A DNA stretch of 64,000 nucleotides from Octopus vulgaris (taxonomy: Eukaryota). The translations under genes and the position numbers were made by a program. A model generated the notes under the pieces. That model had not been told where the DNA came from. It made no database searches and worked only from the letters and a program-made list of their open reading frames with translations. The stretch spans positions 19,530,001-19,594,000 of the forward strand of contig OX597832.1 in assembly GCA_951406725.2 (NCBI GenBank), written 5' to 3'. The first letter of the stretch is position 1. Each line of letters begins with the position of its first letter. Positions 1-18,034 of the stretch are shown piece by piece.

Positions 1-1320
<1,320 letters not shown>

Positions 1321-1692
1321 TCGGTCGTTGTTACTGTTATTTTCTTGTGTTTATCACAACAGTTTGATGTTGTTTTTTCTATTTCTTTTTTTCTTTTTTG
1401 GTTTCTTGTTGCTTCGGTGATGTTTTGTTTTCGTTTTCGTAGCTTTCTTTCCTGTTGTTCACCAGCATGTCTCTCTCATATGATCTCTATCTACCCCCCT
1501 CTAATTCTCCATTCTCTCTCTCTCTCTCTTCTCGCCCTCTCTCTCTCTCTCACTCTATCCTTGTTAGTCTTCCAATCGTAACACCGGGACATCCCCTACT
1601 CAACGCCACTTCATCTTGCCACCCTCAGTCACGCCATAGTTTGTCTTCAGCCTTTGTCTTGCTTCATATCGTTCATAATTATTTACCACTTC

Positions 1693-1694
1693 AC

Positions 1695-1779
<85 letters not shown>

Positions 1780-1790
1780 GTTATTACTAC

Positions 1791-1841
<51 letters not shown>

Positions 1842-1901
1842 TACTATTATTATTATCATCATCATCATTATTATTATTATCATTATTATTATTATAATTA
1901 T

Positions 1902-1932
<31 letters not shown>

Positions 1933-1942
1933 ATCATTATTA

Positions 1943-1976
<34 letters not shown>

Positions 1977-1978
1977 CA

Positions 1979-2027
<49 letters not shown>

Positions 2028-2030
2028 TAC

Positions 2031-2070
<40 letters not shown>

Positions 2071-2120
2071 GTTATTACTACTATTATTATTATTATTATT
2101 ATTATTATTGTTATTACTAC

Positions 2121-2170
<50 letters not shown>

Positions 2171-2230
2171 TTAGTATTATTATTATTATTATTATTATTC
2201 GTAATAGTAGTAGTTGTAGTGGCAGTAGTC

Positions 2231-2262
<32 letters not shown>

Positions 2263-2330
2263 GTTGTGGCAGTAGTAGTAATAGTAGTAGTAGTAGTAGT
2301 AGTAGTAGTAGCAGCAGTGGCTGTGGTGTT
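1693..2330. repeat. (ATT)n microsatellite, about 500 bp, followed by (AGT)n
   Basis: Direct reading. Confidence 0.97.
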
Positions 2331-2569
2331 CATGGTTGTGTTTGTTTATTGCTATTATTATTATTATTGTCTTCTTTTGTTATGTCAATTGATGTATTGT
2401 TCTGTCTTTATGCGTATATATATTTGTGAGCAAGAGTGTGTTTGTGTGTGTTTTCTCTCTTTTTTTGCATCATTTTATATATTATACATGCATACATACA
2501 TACTTGCTAACGTTCATTCGCATATGTATATGTATATATATATGTATGCATATATAAGCATGCATACGT

Positions 2570-2934
<365 letters not shown>

Positions 2935-3271
2935 GTATGAAAATGAGTGCGTGCGAACGTTTGTGTGTGTGCGCCTGTGTGTGTATCTACACATACACGT
3001 ACGCAATCACACAACCAAATATGTCTGTATGTGACTCTAACGTTCACGTTGATTGGTATTTGACGTGGTTTAACAAATATTATTGTTTTTACAGCTCTTC
3101 TTATTGCTTTTATCGCCGTTGTCCTGGATATTATCGTTGCCGATGGCTCTTTCATTGTTTTTTTTTATTATTGTAATTTGGTTAATACAGTCATTTTTTT
3201 TAATCGTGCTTGAACGTTTCTCTCTTCACATGTGTCTGAGTATGAACGTGCATATACATGAGTGCCTGTAC

Positions 3272-3328
<57 letters not shown>

Positions 3329-3405
3329 ATATATATGACTGATTCTTTGGACGTATTTATGTGACTCTATGTGTGTGTGTACATATATATATATATATGT
3401 GTGCA

Positions 3406-3455
<50 letters not shown>

Positions 3456-3639
3456 TCATTGTATGTATTTATGTGATAGTGTGTCCTTTTTTGTTTTTGT
3501 TTGTTTTTTTTTTTTGACATTATTTTCATTGTTAGTCTTTCGTTTTGCTTTTATGGTTTTTCCTGCACTTGATGTTCTTTTTCTGAGCGATTGCAGCAAT
3601 CATTATCACCATCACCGGCCTCATCGTTCGTACTCGGCT

Positions 3640-3904
3640 TCATAATCATCAATCAGCATCATCAGCATCATCATCGTCGTCGTCATCGTCTTTGTCATTA
3701 TCGCCGTCGTCGCTGTCGTCAGTATCATCGTCGTTGACATCACCGTCATCACCATCATCGTCGTCGTCGTCATCACCATGATCATCGTCATCATCATAAT
3801 CATCATCGTCATCGTCATAACCATCATCGTCGTCCTTGTCATCATCACCATCGTTGTCGTCATCATCATCATCATCATCACCATGGTCGTCGTCGTCATC
3901 TTCG

Positions 3905-3935
<31 letters not shown>

Positions 3936-4910
3936 CATCATCGCTATTGATAGCAACAATAAAACCAAGAAACTCTTTTTGACTGATGATATTGTCAACG
4001 ACGTCACCATCATCATCATCATCATCATCATTTTCAGCAGCATCAATAACAACAACAGCAACAACTATGTTTACGTCGTAATCCTCTAATTCTGCCACCT
4101 CTTTAACCTACCCTTCATCAACATCACCATCTTCACCGCCATCACCACCATCACCACCTTTATCACTATCTCCACCGCCACAACCACTCATACCGTTGCC
4201 ACTTCCAGCACCACATACTCTACTACTACCACCACCACCACCATCACAACCACTCATACCACAACTACTCATACTGCCACAGCCACTCATACCATCAACA
4301 CCTCTAGGACCACATACTCAACCACCACCACCACCACAACCATCTCCACAACCACAACCACTTACACGATCACCACCTCCAGCACCACATACTCTACTAC
4401 CACCATCAACATCACTGCAACCGCCACCACCACTTCCACCGCCACAACCACTCATACTATCGACACCTCCAGCAACACATAATGTACTACTACCACCAAC
4501 ACCACCACCACCACTACTTCTACCGCCACAACAAATCATATCACCACCACCTCTAGCACCACAAACTCTACTACCACCACCACCACCACCACCACCACCA
4601 CCACCACCTCCACCACCACCTCCACCGCCACAACCACTCGTACCATCACCACCTCTAGTACCATATCGTACAATCACCACCACCACCACCACTACTTCTA
4701 TCACCTCTAGCACCACATACACTACTACCCCAACACCAACACCACCACCACCACCACCTCTAGCACCACATACACTACTACCCCCACCAACACCACCACC
4801 ACCATCACCTCCATTAACATCCACAACAACAACAACATCTTTGTCGTCATCATCGCTTGTCCAGGTCGCCATCGTCATCGTTGTCATCACGATCTCTATC
4901 GTCATCATCT
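3640..4910. repeat. (CAT/CGT)n tract plus (CCA)-rich minisatellite with recurring unit ccacaaccactcataccatcaccacctctagcaccacatactctacta
   Basis: Unit variants recur about 6 times in 4170-4800. Confidence 0.85.
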
Positions 4911-5373
4911 TATGACTGTCATTAGAGTTGCTTCTGTATTTTTACGAGCTACTTTTTTTTTTTTTCGTTAATTTTTTATTTGTTGTTGCTATGTTATTTT
5001 TTGCTCTTATTTCTGGTGATGTGATTCCAGTTGTTTTTCATACCAATTTAGCTCATCAATTTTGTTGTTTTCTTATTATTGCAAGCAACAACAACAATAA
5101 CAACAACAGCAGCATCAGCATCAGCATCATTGGTTGTAGTATTAGTAGCAGTTTAGTGTGCTAGTTTTGTTTTTGATGTTTTCTTTTTTTTTGTTTTTTG
5201 TTTTTTTTTTGTTTTTTGTTTGTCAAAGTATTGTTTTGTTTTTTGTGTTTGATTGTCCTTTGTTCTGGTTCGGAAACCATAATAGCTAACATGTTGACTA
5301 CAACGGTAGCAATTTCCGTTCTTGTACGAGGAATTAGTTGATTTGCACTGAAATCTATCCACAGTCCATAATA

Positions 5374-5374
<1 letters not shown>

Positions 5375-5404
<30 letters not shown>

Positions 5405-5745
5405 AAGAAGAAGAAGAAGAAGAAGAAGAAGAAGAAGGAGGACGAGTGGAATGAGAAGAGGAAGAAGAAGGAGAAGAAGAAGAAGAAGAAGGAAGAAGAG
5501 AAGAAGAAGGAAGAGAAGAAGAAGCAAGAAGAGAAGAAGAAGACGAAGAAGAAGAAGCAAGAAGATTAGAAGAAGAAAAAGAAGAAGCAAGAGGAGAAGA
5601 AGGAAGAGAAGAAGAAGAAAAAGAAGAGGAGAAGAAGGAGGATGAACAAAAAAAGAAGAATGAAGATGAACAAGAACGAAGATGAACAAGAAGGAAGAAG
5701 AAGAAGAAGAAGAAGAAGAAGAAGAAGAAAAAGAAGAAGAAGAAT
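5375..5745. repeat. (GAA)n purine-rich microsatellite
   Basis: Direct reading. Confidence 0.95.
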
Positions 5746-6231
5746 GCAAAAGCATGATGAAGTCTGAGATGGTGATGAAGAAGGGGTGGTGGTGGTGTTG
5801 AGGATGCCAATGATGTTGAAGGAGGAGGAGCGGGATGGTGCTGACGACGATGACCAAGAAAGTTTTAAAAAATCTAAAAAACACGACCGTAACAAAATAA
5901 CATGACAAAGCAAACAGAGGACACATACATGCATACATGCATACATACAAACACATATATCTGTTCGCATATTGACCTATTTGCTCTTCAGTGTGTGCGT
6001 GTGTGTGTTTGTGTGTCTCTGTGTCTGTGTCTGTGTGTGTAGTTTAATAATTTCGTTATATATATATATAGTGACGTATATTTGCCATTTGAATATGGCT
6101 AACCCCTAAGGGTGGATGCTACTGTAGTTTGTAGCCCCAGGAGGACACCTCCAGCTGGCTATAGACACACTTTCTGTGCCCTATCAGTATTTGCGAAGGG
6201 AAGCCATCCTTCCCGTCTTCAACTTATGATA

Positions 6232-6276
6232 CACACGAACTCGAGTTTCAGGGTATTGACCCGTCATCGGCGTGTG
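6232..6276 (-). ncRNA. Minimal type I hammerhead-ribozyme-like motif in a short repeat (about 6070-6290) next to (TA)n
   Basis: Minus strand: cacacg-CCGAUGA-cggg-ucaaua-cccu-GAAA-C-ucga-GUU-cgugug; 6-bp stem I, short stem II, palindromic stem III aacucgaguu. Confidence 0.65.
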
Positions 6277-7695
6277 ACAATCTAAGAAGCAACAACGACA
6301 GAAATGGCGTCGGTATGAAACAACGAAACACCAATTTCAATGAAAATAAAGTCAACAACGACAGCACACAACTAGCGGTAGTGATAATAACAGCAGCAAC
6401 AACAACAATATGAAACGAAACAAAAAGGACAGGAGAAAGATAATGTATAGTTTTTGCTTCGATTCTGTATAATTATATTTTATTTGTTTTATTTATCTTC
6501 ATCAATATTATTATTATTATTAATATGGCACAAAATATTCGGTACAGAAATGAGAAAAGTATAAGCATGTCATATATACATAAATAATTGTATATATCTA
6601 TATCATAATAAAGAAGGCTGTTTAGTAATTAGATTGCAATAAGTAGTTTACTAAATGAAAGCCATTATTAAAATCTACTTTGTCTAGAAAATTGTTGTAA
6701 ATTCCAAATTTTATATAATTCCTTAATATAATTTTGAAACGTCTTTTATTACTGAATATTTTTTCTAATCACAATGTAATCTTTAAATCGCTATATTTTT
6801 TAACTTCTCTTTTTTTAATTGATGCTTAATCACAGAATTGTGACTTCCACCTGCTCCCGTTTCGGTTTCTTCATAACTATCTGATCAATAGTTACGCTTA
6901 AGATCATTTTCTTCGAATACTTTTCAGGTGTTGTAAATTCCGATTATATCGATTTTAACGAGTAATGTGAAAAAAAAAAAAAGATAGGATGCGTGAATAT
7001 TTGACGTACCTCGCCTTTGTTTCCACGTTTGTTTTCACGATGTTGATAACAATTTTGTTGAAAATCATGTACTTTCGAGAAGTACTCCATCTTTTACGGA
7101 ATTTTTTCTGAAAAATGCCATGGTATAAATATGTGTACAATGGTAGCGCTAATTACAGGGTACGTATTTCTTTAATTATTTTATCGAAGTCGCATTCTTT
7201 CTGTTTTAAACAAACTCAAATGTGAATTTTTAATTATTTTCTGAGATTTTACAAAAACAACAAAAATATTGTTTAAAAGTCTACGTAATCATTTAGTATG
7301 CAAGAGAAAACAGTGGTCACGTGGATATCAAAAGTAATTAGTTTCAGCACAGTTTTAATTAAGTCATATCATCAAAACTTATAAGGAAACAAATTCGAGA
7401 TGCGTGGATTAGCAGCTCCTAACTTTCCTTTTCCCATTAAATTCAGGAATAATCTTAATCTATGAAATGTTATTTATAATAAATTTCATTAAATACTTCG
7501 GGTTTCACAGAGAATTATGAGGAGAAAATGCGATCCCTTCAATTTATTCACAGAACGAGCGAGTACTATTAGACGAAGAATAGAAACAAAGAGAAATTAG
7601 ACATAACATATCAGGAAGCTTACACAAATTGAAAATTAAAGACTAAATATCATTTAAAGCCATTCAGAGGGCTGACTATCTACTTGTATATTTAG

Positions 7696-7976
7696 TCACG
7701 ATCACGTGACCAACCAGGCTATCAGCTGTTGCTATACATCGCTGGTTACAATGCGCTTCGCATTCTTTAGCTTTCGAATCATGCAACCCCGCTGGCTAAG
7801 CGAGCAGGCCAACAAAAGAAAGAGTGAGAGAAAGTTGTGGCGAAAGAGTACAGAAGAGATCGCTACCCACTGGCGGAGGCCGTGGAGCTTTAGGTGTTTT
7901 TGCTCAATAAACACTCACAACGCTCAGTCTGGGAATCGAAACCGCGATCCTACAATGACTGGGCCATTGCGCCTCC
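7696..7976 (-). mobile_element. tRNA-derived SINE-C, tail type 1
   Basis: Minus head ggaggcgcaatggcccag...cgcggtttcgattcccagactg (A/B boxes); body shared with 34640-34822, 11738 and 60929. Confidence 0.75.
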
Positions 7977-8194
7977 GTATAAATACGCCTCCGTCGTAAA
8001 TACAGAAAATACTGGAAAGCGAGGCAACTGGAGACGAATACGCCTCGTGTACCGTTGGTGATATCTTTTCCTTCTTTGGACTTTTACAAGGTAAAATTAC
8101 TTCCTGAATTTATAGCAAGTAGTTGCAGATAGTTTATCTGTCCCTCTCCGGCTTTCAGTTCATGCAATTGAAAAATTTGCTTTCTTTATGCGAT

Positions 8195-8364
8195 AGATGA
8201 CCGAATATATATTTTTTCATTCTCCCTCTACATATTTCCTCTTATTCATTTTGTTGAAGAGCGTAAGCTCGAAATATAAAGACTTTTCTATTTTTCCCGA
8301 GCGTCAAACTAATACTTGCTCGTAGTTCTTACGCCTGTCTTCGTCTTTGTTTTTCTATAAGTTT

Positions 8365-8365
<1 letters not shown>
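8195..8365 (+). mobile_element. Penelope-pLTR-like short repeat with degenerate hammerhead
   Basis: Homologous to 42800-42975 and, on the minus strand, 31887-32085; motif ugUUGA-a-gagc-guaa-gcuc-GAAA at about 8250-8281; ends at (TA)n. Confidence 0.55.
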
Positions 8366-10886
<2,521 letters not shown>

Positions 10887-11737
10887 GTAGCCGTTGGCGT
10901 TTACAAGCATATTATGTGCATCGTTGTGGTATAGTTTCAGTTTCGTTAATAAAGTCGGTGAGTGCTTTTAGAAGAACAATTGAAAATATTATGCTTTTTA
11001 TTTATATCTGCGACTCAAGACCAACATACATTGAATCTCTTGTAGAAAAGCCTGTTCATCACACTAACCCATTTCTTCTCTTGATATAAACTATAGAGAC
11101 CGTGTTGCTTAATTAAAATAGACAAGCAGTATCTCTTGCGGAATATACTGGTTTGTTAGAAGCAACATTATTTAAAGAGTTGGGCATTATTATAATGTCT
11201 TAATTATAAGAAGATAGGGCTGCGTCCTAACCTTCATCCGATTCTATTGAAAGGAAAGGAAAAACTTGCAGCCAGATAGAAAACGTAGCCTGAACGTTTA
11301 CAGCAATCTGGGCTCTCCTCAAGGCGTCTAAGAACCAGAAAATGGTAATATTCGAGCGACAGAGTAAGTCTGGTATCGTTAGACTTGCTTTGGCGATTCA
11401 ACGTTTCCAATCGTTTAGATTACAAAAGACCTCCAAATATTTAAATGAAATTTTCTCATGGAGCCATCGTTTTTGAAAGGCCTGTCTACTCAGTAAAACT
11501 AAATATATTATCTAAGCTCAATATCATTTGCTCAGATTTATTTCTCGTTTGAAACCGGTATGTAACTGAATACCTATATGTAATTGAATAAAATATTTCT
11601 ATTTGTGATATGACGTTAAAACTTTTGAAGCAGAAAACTTTGCTACAGCACAACAAGTTTTATTTGTTCCACAGCTGTTTTTTAAATTTTTCTATGTTCC
11701 CAACGTTTACATTACGAAAGATCAATGCTTTCTAATG

Positions 11738-11852
11738 TGGAGGGGCATGGCCTAGTGGTTAGAGCAGCGGACTCGCGGTCAAGGGATCACGGGCTCGAAT
11801 CTCAGACCGGGTGATGTGTGTGTTTATTAGTGAAACAGCTAAGCTCCACGCT
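11738..11852 (+). mobile_element. SINE-C-type tRNA head fragment
   Basis: ggcatggcctagtggttagagcagcggactcgcggtc...gctcgaatctcagaccggg; closely similar to 60929-61040. Confidence 0.7.
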
Positions 11853-12089
11853 GCTGGATGCAACAAGGTGACGCAAGTTGAAGGGGACATGTAGGCGCGT
11901 CGTATCTGTACGAAACCATCAAACTCAGAGGGAGATCGATGCCATTTATAATAGCGACAGAAAAGGCTCAGATATAAAGCTTGACGCCGGTAGACCAGAG
12001 GATGGAACATCTCTGTTGGGGATTTAATACCAATTATTCGAGTAGCCTTTTACTGGTTGCCTATCATGATGGAATTATATGTCGGGAGC

Positions 12090-12370
12090 GTGGACTTGAG
12101 CGGGAAAGATAAGCCAAGCCAACTCCGAGTAAAAAAGATGCCATTATAGTAACACCAATAAAAGACTGAGAGGAAACAGCATGCCAGTTGTCCAGAGGCT
12201 GGAACGTCACTCTTTGTGATCGAATACAAATCGGTCGATCGACCCTTATTTGGAAGCTAACCGGGATGGATCGTTGTATGTGCGCATAACTGCTTCATCC
12301 TCCGAAATGTACGAGCAGACGAAGTACTTGTACAATAGGAACGGCGTTCTGAAAAGCAGGACTTAATGAA
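12090..12370 (-). mobile_element. Highly decayed CR1-type LINE 3' ORF2 relic
   Basis: Minus translation SLSLYWCYYNGIF..SELAWLIFP resembles the SLSVFYRYYY motif at 60.2 kb; frameshifted. Confidence 0.35.
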
Positions 12371-13009
12371 CTCTGTTTTTCCTTACAGCATAAAATTAAT
12401 TATCATATATTCCTGTTGGGTTTTTGTTAACTTTATCTTGTTTCTGAACAATTTTGGATAACTTTACAATAATTTTCACGCAGACATAGTCCCAGATTAC
12501 AACTGGATTGAATATATACTTATTATAAACTTTCAAATGATCCTTTCTGTCTTACTCTAATACGTGCTGCAGCTTAGCAAGAAATCGACATTGTTGTAAG
12601 CAGCGGGAGCAGAATTAAACTACCAGCTGTTTCATTTGTTTGCAGTATTACATTCAATCTATTTAGTGTTATTCTAACGTGACCAAATGGTTTCTGGGAT
12701 TCATCATATGGTATCTAATATATAACGTATGTAATCCCATTTATGTATCTATCATCTGCTTCATATATTAGTAATAACTGTTAGCAAATATTAGATCTCT
12801 AATCGCATTATAGCTGGAAGCCAATATCATTCTGTCGTACACAGAGTTACAAATAGGCAAAGAGACATACAAAGGCGCGCACTCACACGTATACTGGGAC
12901 GTATAAAAATATGTATATGTTTATATACATACACTTATACACAGAAATACAGGAAGGCATATGTATGCATGTGTCCTTAAATGCAATCATATTTGTATAT
13001 AATTGTATT

Positions 13010-13141
13010 TATCTGTCTGACTGTTTGTCTGTCTGATGGTCTGTCTGCTTCTCTATCTCTCTATCTCTCTATCTGCCTATCTATGGATCTGTCTCTTTGT
13101 CTATGTATCTATCTATGTATGTATGTATGTATGTATGTATG

Positions 13142-13176
<35 letters not shown>

Positions 13177-13183
13177 ATATGTA

Positions 13184-13214
<31 letters not shown>

Positions 13215-13257
13215 ATTTATCTATATCTCTACCTCTCTGTCTGTCTCTTTCTTTCTT

Positions 13258-13291
<34 letters not shown>

Positions 13292-13335
13292 TCTCTATCT
13301 CTCTACCTCTCTGTCTGTCTCTGTGTCTGTCTCTT

Positions 13336-13376
<41 letters not shown>

Positions 13377-13392
13377 GTATATATATATATAT
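13010..13392. repeat. (TCTA)n/(TC)n/(TATG)n microsatellite block
   Basis: Direct reading. Confidence 0.9.
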
Positions 13393-13588
13393 AATCAATC
13401 CAAACATGAACAAGCAAGAAAAAACAACAACGCGAGGATTGGAATAAGTACAGCGTTATTGGACGCTCAGGCAAGAAAATAAAATAAAGAGGATTTCACG
13501 TTTCGAACGGAGCTCTCCATCAAAAATATAGAAAAAGTCCAAAGAAGAGAAGACGGAGAGAGAAAATCGCCAACGATAAACACGCGGT

Positions 13589-13591
<3 letters not shown>
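13393..13591 (-). mobile_element. About 200-bp pLTR-like repeat with degenerate hammerhead, embedded in (TA)n
   Basis: Reverse-complement homologue of 46676-46880 over its whole length. Confidence 0.7.
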
Positions 13592-13624
<33 letters not shown>

Positions 13625-13715
13625 CAGTAAAATTTAGATTCAGTTGAATATGGTACTTTAGTTAAAAGCACCAGAATTTAGTATGGTATTATTCATATAA
13701 TTCAAAATGTGGTGA

Positions 13716-13795
13716 TTATAACCAAAATAAGCAACAAGGATATCCAAAAGTAATGCATTACCTCTGGATATCCTTGTTGTTTATTTTGATTATAA
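13716..13795. repeat. Fold-back inverted repeat, 40-bp arms, no loop
   Basis: Centre gtaatg|cattac; 4 mismatches between arms; right arm runs into (TA)n. Confidence 0.85.
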
Positions 13796-14767
13796 ATATA
13801 TATATATACACAGAGAGATAGAGATAGATAGACAGATAGATAGATGTATACACAGATACATACATATATACACATAGTTGTATGCGTCAGTGTGCATGCA
13901 TATACACACATACACACACACGCACACACACACACATACACACACATAAGCGCCTGTATACATTCTAGCTCTTGTGAAGAGAATAACGGTTGATTTATGG
14001 ACATTAGTGTATATCTAAAGATATACATATATATGCCCTTATACATTTTAAAATATGTATGTATATATGCATGAACTTACACACCATATGTGTGTTTGCA
14101 TGTGTACAAGAAAATAAGCGTATATGTAAAATGCGTATTTACATCTATGTGTATATATATTCCGGCTTGCGTTGTGTCTCTCTGCTCGTTATAATGACGG
14201 TGAAGTATTATGGAAACGCCTAGCATATATACATATATTCATACATACATACATACATACATGATGGACACTTCAGCATTGTTTCAGAATGAGATCCCTT
14301 TTCTAGATTTAGTTTTTCTGTTCACAAACTTTAACAAATATTATATTTTTTAAGACCAGCAAGAGACGTGCAGTTTTTGCTAGAGAAAAGGACAGTGGGA
14401 ATCTGACGATGCAGGTCATAATGATGATGATGCGAAAGTTGAAGGTTAACGTCTTTAGAGAGTTTGAATTCCGATGATTCACGAAGCCAGCAATCGAAAA
14501 CTGGATTTTTCTCCATACAGAGCTACAATCTGATATTTTGATAAGGTATTAAAGTTGTTTCCTTTTACGACCGGTGGTTTTCATTTTGGCACAAGTCAAG
14601 CGGATGATTTCGAAAGTAAAACGTCCCCCATAGACTTCGCTATTTTTGTTAGTGCTGTTTATAGCCATCGTTTAGGAGGGGGTGAATTTCAGACACGAAA
14701 GTTTGACATTATATTTAACGTAGTCTTTGTTCCGTGACTTTTGGAATTTTTATAGGCGCTAATATAT

Positions 14768-14908
<141 letters not shown>

Positions 14909-14929
14909 CATACATATATATATACACAC

Positions 14930-14960
<31 letters not shown>

Positions 14961-15050
14961 TATATATAAATATACATGTATATATACACATACACACATA
15001 TTTATATATGTATGTATGTATATTCATATATATATACACACATATGTATA

Positions 15051-15082
<32 letters not shown>

Positions 15083-15214
15083 CATGCACGAACACACAAA
15101 CATACACACATATATACACATATATATGTAATATATAGATAATATATATGCATATATATATATATCAGTATTTTTGTATGTATGCATCTATTTATGTATT
15201 TATGTATATATATG

Positions 15215-15420
15215 GATGTATGCTTAAGAAACTTTCTTCGCCACTATATGGTTTGGGGTTCAGTCCCACAACGCGGCATCTTGTGCAAGTGTCGTCTCTT
15301 ATAATTCTGGACATGTCGTAGACTTGTGAATGGATTTGGTTTGCAGAGACTGAAAGAAGTTCATTGTATGTTCATGTATGTATGCGTTTGTATATGTGTC
15401 TATAAGTGGGTGAGTATAAG
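15215..15420 (+). mobile_element. Old degenerate SINE-A 5' part
   Basis: ggttcagtcccac...cttgtgcaagtgtc...ggatttggt...ctgaaagaag. Confidence 0.7.
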
Positions 15421-16239
15421 TGTCTGTTTGTACGTACGGGTATTTGCTGTGGTGGGTGGGTGAGTCATATAATCACGAACGGATATAGACACCATCTCGG
15501 CCTGCTCACTCTATATCAAGCGGTGCATCGAAGACGTGATAGCTGAAAGAGAACGGATTCGTCTATACTTCAGCCGATATTCGTTATAGGTAAATACACC
15601 AGACAAACGTGAAATTAACTAACTTGATCGTGAGAAAATACGCGCCAACTTGTCTAGGAATTAATTCACCACTTTAAAATTTTGAACCGAACACACTGAC
15701 ACAATGCCACGCGTCTTCACTTCGTTCTAAATATCACCAAGCCATCATGTTTTGTGAGAAAATGTGAACTGTGCTTTATTAATAAGAAAATACTACCCAC
15801 ATTATCATCAACGTCTAATCCAAAACATTTCCATATGATATTGTAGTAAAAGCTCTATGCAGGGCTCCAGTAAATAAATTACGAACGTTCTTCTTTCTAA
15901 ATTTGTTTTTTCCTTGATGAAGGACAAAAGCCCGAAACGTTAGACATATCTGACATCTTTGCTGCACGGAAATTACTCCAAAATGTAATCGAACACATAG
16001 ATAACCTACTTTCCCTTCTACTCACCATAAGGTAGTTGTAAGAAAATGCATATCACCTACCAAAGAAAAGTGCATTGAAGAAAATACGTAACGGAAAATT
16101 TATATATTGTTTGGCAGCACAAGAGAACACTGCGCATGAATTCTTCAATCGATTCCCAGACAGTTACGTATCGATGTCTCCTATAAAGTTTCGGAGAATA
16201 AGAATATATGTGATAAACTTTTACAATGTCAGGCGCTCG

Positions 16240-16535
16240 CACGAGGAAAAAGTTCGCTTTGCAACCATGTGATTTTGGGTTCCCTCCCGCTGCTCAGGTT
16301 GACCAATTCCTTGTGAGAGAATCCGGTAATAGGAAACTATGCTGAATCTCATCATATATGTGTGCTTGTTGGTGTTTGCCTGTGTGTGTTTGCGTGCCTT
16401 GGTGTTTGTATTTGTATCCGCCATCCCACCGCTTGACAACCAGGTTGGTGAGTTTAAATCCTTGTAACTTAGAGGTTTAGCAATACAGACCGATAAAATA
16501 TATACCAAATTTTTAAAAAATCAGTACTGAGGTCA
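16240..16535 (+). mobile_element. Old degenerate SINE-A
   Basis: ccgcttgacaaccaggttggtg...gtaacttagaggtttagcaa...gaccgataaaata matches the SINE-A 3' half. Confidence 0.65.
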
Positions 16536-17089
16536 TTTATTTTGATTAACATGGTAGAGAGTACCATGCTTTCGATAATTCTCTCAGCTGCTTTTGTATT
16601 CGTACGAAGTCACAAACACCCATCGGCTTCCCCATCTTTGAAACAGCGGAACATCTAGGATTTGAAAGCCAGATAGAGAAGGTTGCACTAGCTGTAACCT
16701 GCTGTCTAGACTGGAGTAACGTAAAAGTAAAATTTAGTGCCATATTCAAGATGTAGCGTCCTGCCCAGGAAACGAACTCATGTTTTTCTTTATTGTAAGT
16801 CAAACATCGCATTAGTTTGAATGTGGAGCATCATCAAAAGATCACACTGAGGTTTGTTTCTACTGTTGTGAGCCATGGTGGACAACCGTAAAGACACGCC
16901 TTTTTCTGGCCCATATTTTCACTTAAATGATGCTCAGTGTATTAATAAAAAGACTCTCACTGGATAGCAAAACCAGTCTGATGAGGCAGCAAAAGTAAAC
17001 CTATTTTCAATACAAATACACACTTCGAATATTAGATACTTGCAAAGAATAACCTCAGCCCCTAAAGTAACGGTATAGGTGGCAAACAA

Positions 17090-17290
17090 AGGGTGAGCTG
17101 GCACAATCGTTAATGTGGTGGGTAAAATGCGGAGCGGCCTTTACATCCTGAGCTCAAATCCCGCCGAGGTTGACTTTCCATTTCATCCTCTTGGGGTTCA
17201 TAAAATACAGTACCAGTGAGAACTGGAGTCGATGCAATCGATTTATGCCCGCAACTCGGAATTGCTGGCCTTGTGCCAAAAAGAGAAACC
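17090..17290 (+). mobile_element. SINE-B, tail type 2, degenerate
   Basis: gagctggcacaatcgttaa...ccgccgaggttgactttccatttcatcc...ggccttgtgcc. Confidence 0.8.
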
Positions 17291-18034
17291 AACATATATA
17301 TATATAGCAAATGTCAGCTGTGGGGAGTATTTTTTTGAGACAATGTTCCACAATGTATCACGGTGTCATACTAACTCTGAAACTATGCGCTTGGAAACAC
17401 AACAACGTAGTCAAGCTGCTCAACAGAGATCCAACACGAAGTTTTAACTGACTAAAGAAAATGCTCTTCAGGAATCCTAAGTATGAATCCTCGTCTGTTC
17501 TAGAAAATAACAACGTGATAATGGTACGGGAATTCAACATACAGACAATCAAATAAGGCAACATTAGTTCATTACAAATATAGCATCATTCTCCAATGTA
17601 GATATGACAATGGGGTATCATTAATTATCAACATAGTAATACCAGATGGCTATAATACAGGGTAAAGGCGACGTGAAATTCTAACGAGTTACATCGAGCA
17701 AGCTCTTGAACCAAAAACACCGTGACAGTTAAGGAATGTGTACATTCGTTATTGGTATAACTAGAAAGCTAGACAATCATTTCTGTTAACAGTATTAATA
17801 AATTGCTTATAAGAGTAACCTTGTGTCTGTTCCAGAATAGAGCAATGTTAGGACCTGTAAACATCATTAGGGCAATCCCATGCAGTGTTTGTGAACTCTG
17901 GACGTATTTGTTTTTAACCTTGAATACATTTATACAGTAGAAGTATTTGCTATTTCCTGGTAGTAAATAATTATTTCTCCAAGGAAACCTATCACTTAAT
18001 GAATTTCTCAGACCACATATAGTAATTCTTTTTG

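Noticed and set aside
16975-17005. CTGATGAG hammerhead-like core (another at about 48030-48075 on minus)
   Set aside because: No correctly placed GAAA with pairing stems
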